DNA of 64,000 nucleotides from an uncultured candidatus Porisulfidus sp. GTDB lineage: Bacteria; Pseudomonadota; Gammaproteobacteria; Poriferisulfidales; Oxydemutatoraceae. The stretch spans positions 1,120,001 through 1,184,000 of the forward strand of contig OZ244052.1 in NCBI GenBank assembly GCA_965215125.1, read 5' to 3'. The translations under genes were made by a program, and so were the position numbers. How positions within the stretch are numbered: the first letter of the stretch is position 1; each line of letters opens with the position of its first letter. The notes under the pieces are model-generated. The model saw only the letters and a program-made list of their open reading frames with translations. It was not told where the DNA came from and searched no databases. Positions 60,660 to 64,000 of this stretch are shown piece after piece.

Positions 60660-63065
60660 GTGTTCAAATTCATAAAACGATTACTATTGTTTATTGCCGG
60701 AGCACTCGCCCTCGGTGTTGTTGTCGTTGTAGCAGTATACATCTATATTGCCCCGGAACTCCCGTCTTTGGAAGAAATTAAGACGATTCGCGTGCAAACA
60801 CCGCTCAGAGTGTACACCTCCGAGGGCAACCTTATCGCGGTTTTCGGCGATAAGCGTCGGGTACCTATCGACATAGCAGAGGTGCCTAGTCAAATTATAG
60901 ATGCTTTCATTGCTGCCGAAGATGATCGTTTTTACGAACACCTAGGTGTGGATTACGAAGGCTTGATACGCGCGACTATCAATTTAATAGAGACAGGTCA
61001 ACGCACTCAAGGAGGTAGTACGATTACCATGCAGCTGGCGCGTAACTTTTTTTTGACGAACCAACGCACCTACGAACGAAAAATTAAGGAGATTTACCTT
61101 GCGTTGATTATGGAGCGTCTACTCGGCAAAGAGGAGATACTCAATTTGTATCTGAATAAAATCTTTATGGGTAAACGAGCTTATGGCATTGCCGCTGCTG
61201 CCGAAATTTACTATGGGAAGAATATCGGCGAATTAACTTTGGCTCAAAATGCGATGATTGCCGGTTTGCCTAAAGCACCTTCAATATACAACCCGCTTGC
61301 CAATCCCCAAAAGGCACTTGAGCGTCGGGCTTATGTCTTGGGGCGTATGCTCAAGCTGAAAATGATCTCTTCAACCGAGTACGAAACGGCAATGGCGGCA
61401 CCGATTACCGCGGCCGAGTACGACATCAAAGTAGAATTAGAAGCCCCCTATGTTGCCGAGATGGTACGCGCCTATATGATTGAGCAATACGGAGATAAAG
61501 CCTACTCCGATGGTTTTGATGTATACACTACCGTTCGTCGAACGATGCAGCAAGAAGCGCAAGCTAGTCTAAGGCGAGGTTTGCTCGATTATGATCGTCG
61601 CCACGGTTGGCGCGGCACCAAGGAACAAATTGCAGCCGAGATTTTAAGTAATCCCGAGGCACCAAGAAATGAATTAAAACAATTTCCCAAAGTAGGGGGA
61701 CTCGTACCGGCGATCGTATCGGGGGTGGTTGATGATACGATACAAGTCATCCCTAAAGACGGATTAGAGACCACACTCACGCGCCCGAGTTGGCAGTGGC
61801 AACCTCGCCTCAATCAAAATTATGTGGGGCCGCAGATAGAAGATGCTGAAAAACTAGTGCAGAGGGGCGATATCGTATGGCTTCTAGAGCAAGACGGAGA
61901 ACAACGGCGGCTGGTTCAGATCCCCGAAGTCGAAGGTACATTGGTCGCGTTGAATCCGAATACCGGAGCAATACTTGCATTGACCGGTGGTTTTGATTTT
62001 TATCAAAGTAAGTTTAATCGTGCAATCCAAGCAAAGCGACAACCGGGTTCCAGTTTCAAACCTTTTATTTATGCGGCAGCACTGTCGGAAGGTTATACGC
62101 CGGCAACGATAGTCAACGATACACCGGTGGTGTTTAGCGAGACATTCTCCAGTCAAGATTGGCGTCCCGAGAATTATAGCGGTAAATTTTTCGGTCCCAC
62201 CCGCATCAGAGAAGCACTTACTTATTCACGCAATATGGTTTCGGTGAAACTGGTAGACGCATTGGGGTTGAGAAAGACCCTGGACTATATCATGCGCTTC
62301 GGTTTCGAGCGTAAGGATCATCCTTATAATCTAACAATGGCATTGGGTTCCGGTGTAGCAACGCCTCTAGAAATTGCACGCGGTTATGCAACATTTGCCA
62401 ACAGTGGATTTTTGATTACGCCGTATTTTATCGAAAAAATATACGCTAACGAAGAGCCGATTTTTGAAGCATCTCCACCGCAACCCTGTGCCGAAAATTG
62501 CTACCAAGAAAACACCGGCAACGAAGTAGCAACGGAAATTGTATCAAAGACGGCAATCTCGGATAATGCAGCACTATTTATGCCTAGAGTTATTCCACCC
62601 GATATTGCCTATCAGTTATCCAGTATGCTACAAAGCGTGGCCCGATTAGGTACCGGGCGCAAAGCCTACCGTACCTTAAAACGTAGCGACATAGCAGGCA
62701 AGACCGGCACGACCAATAACCAACACGATGCTTGGTTCTCGGGTTTTAATCGCGATATAGTCTGCACCGTTTGGGTTGGTTTCGACAATCAGCAACCGTT
62801 GGGGAATCGCGAGACGGGTTCGGTGGCAGCATTACCTATATGGATAGACTTTATGAAAAAAATTCTTTCCGGAAAAGACGAAACTTCATTCTACAGACCT
62901 CCCGAGATTATTAGTGCAAAAATAGACTCGCAGACCGGTATGCTCGCGCATCCCAGTGACGCAACCGCAATCTCGGAGACCTTTAGAAGGGGCCACCTAC
63001 CTAAAAAAATTGCTCCTTTGCCGGGGAGCAAAGACAAAGAGGAGGATTTAGAAAAACTTTTTTGA
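60660..63065 (+). CDS. mrcA: Penicillin-binding protein 1A
   Basis: EDDRF, GGSTITMQ, SSFK, SRN, KTG. Confidence 0.96.
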   Translation: MFKFIKRLLLFIAGALALGVVVVVAVYIYIAPELPSLEEIKTIRVQTPLRVYTSEGNLIAVFGDKRRVPIDIAEVPSQIIDAFIAAEDDRFYEHLGVDYEGLIRATINLIETGQRTQGGSTITMQLARNFFLTNQRTYERKIKEIYLALIMERLLGKEEILNLYLNKIFMGKRAYGIAAAAEIYYGKNIGELTLAQNAMIAGLPKAPSIYNPLANPQKALERRAYVLGRMLKLKMISSTEYETAMAAPITAAEYDIKVELEAPYVAEMVRAYMIEQYGDKAYSDGFDVYTTVRRTMQQEAQASLRRGLLDYDRRHGWRGTKEQIAAEILSNPEAPRNELKQFPKVGGLVPAIVSGVVDDTIQVIPKDGLETTLTRPSWQWQPRLNQNYVGPQIEDAEKLVQRGDIVWLLEQDGEQRRLVQIPEVEGTLVALNPNTGAILALTGGFDFYQSKFNRAIQAKRQPGSSFKPFIYAAALSEGYTPATIVNDTPVVFSETFSSQDWRPENYSGKFFGPTRIREALTYSRNMVSVKLVDALGLRKTLDYIMRFGFERKDHPYNLTMALGSGVATPLEIARGYATFANSGFLITPYFIEKIYANEEPIFEASPPQPCAENCYQENTGNEVATEIVSKTAISDNAALFMPRVIPPDIAYQLSSMLQSVARLGTGRKAYRTLKRSDIAGKTGTTNNQHDAWFSGFNRDIVCTVWVGFDNQQPLGNRETGSVAALPIWIDFMKKILSGKDETSFYRPPEIISAKIDSQTGMLAHPSDATAISETFRRGHLPKKIAPLPGSKDKEEDLEKLF

Positions 63066-63074
63066 TTATTCGGG

Positions 63075-63395
63075 CTAGTATGTTAACGAGAGCAAATAAG
63101 GCAGCCACTTTAAGAGAATGATTAGCGCAATCGCCGTACCGACCCAAAAGAATTTAGGTTCGGGCGTTGGATTATCGTTTCCTTTGTTCACGACCCTGGA
63201 CACAACGAGGTCGAATAAAATCACCATGAAAATGATGGGGGCAAGTGCCGGCACAACCACCGTAGTTAATATCGCAGGCCACTCAACACTGGTTTGCATC
63301 CCCGGTGCCGGTAAAAAAATAATAACGAGCAAGCCTGCTACATAGAGCATTAATCTTAGAAGACCTATATTGCGAATCATAGCTGTATTTTTCAC
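63075..63395 (-). CDS. Hypothetical membrane protein
   Basis: 106 aa with three hydrophobic segments. Confidence 0.65.
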   Translation of the reverse strand: MKNTAMIRNIGLLRLMLYVAGLLVIIFLPAPGMQTSVEWPAILTTVVVPALAPIIFMVILFDLVVSRVVNKGNDNPTPEPKFFWVGTAIALIILLKWLPYLLSLTY

Positions 63396-63468
63396 CCGTA
63401 GTGCTAAAATAATGTTTTCTAATTATAGGCTATATTCTATAGTGCTATCCAACGAAAAACTTTAGACA

Positions 63469-64000
<532 letters not shown>

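Overview
Chromosomal window from a Gammaproteobacterium (inferred from gene content and order), probably host-associated, that spans the likely replication origin (dnaA, oriC-like spacer, dnaN, two parS sites). Housekeeping blocks: gmd-fcl, an aa3 cytochrome c oxidase operon with assembly genes, dprA, folB-folK, folM, uppP, cca, rnfDGE-nth-hemX-hemY, hisBHAFE-tatABC-gpmI, tRNA-Ser, alkA, an ATM1-type ABC exporter, four glycosyltransferases, hemH, aroKB, mrcA and wrbA. Accessory content: (1) an intact tnpB enclosed by IS1595-like terminal inverted repeats with an 8-bp target duplication and no transposase, plus a 72-bp MITE with the same ends; (2) a partial Ysc-like type III secretion locus with a STAS anti-anti-sigma gene inside the gatekeeper operon and a SopB/IpgD-like phosphatase effector; (3) a frameshifted IS110 inserted in a REP palindrome, with a bridge-RNA-like leader whose loops match its donor end and its target; (4) an orphan Cas6 with no array; (5) a module of two methyltransferases and a small PD-(D/E)XK nuclease within the cox cluster; (6) a frameshifted IS1182, a related MITE and a modular repeat family. 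All calls come from reading motifs by eye; no database searches were run.
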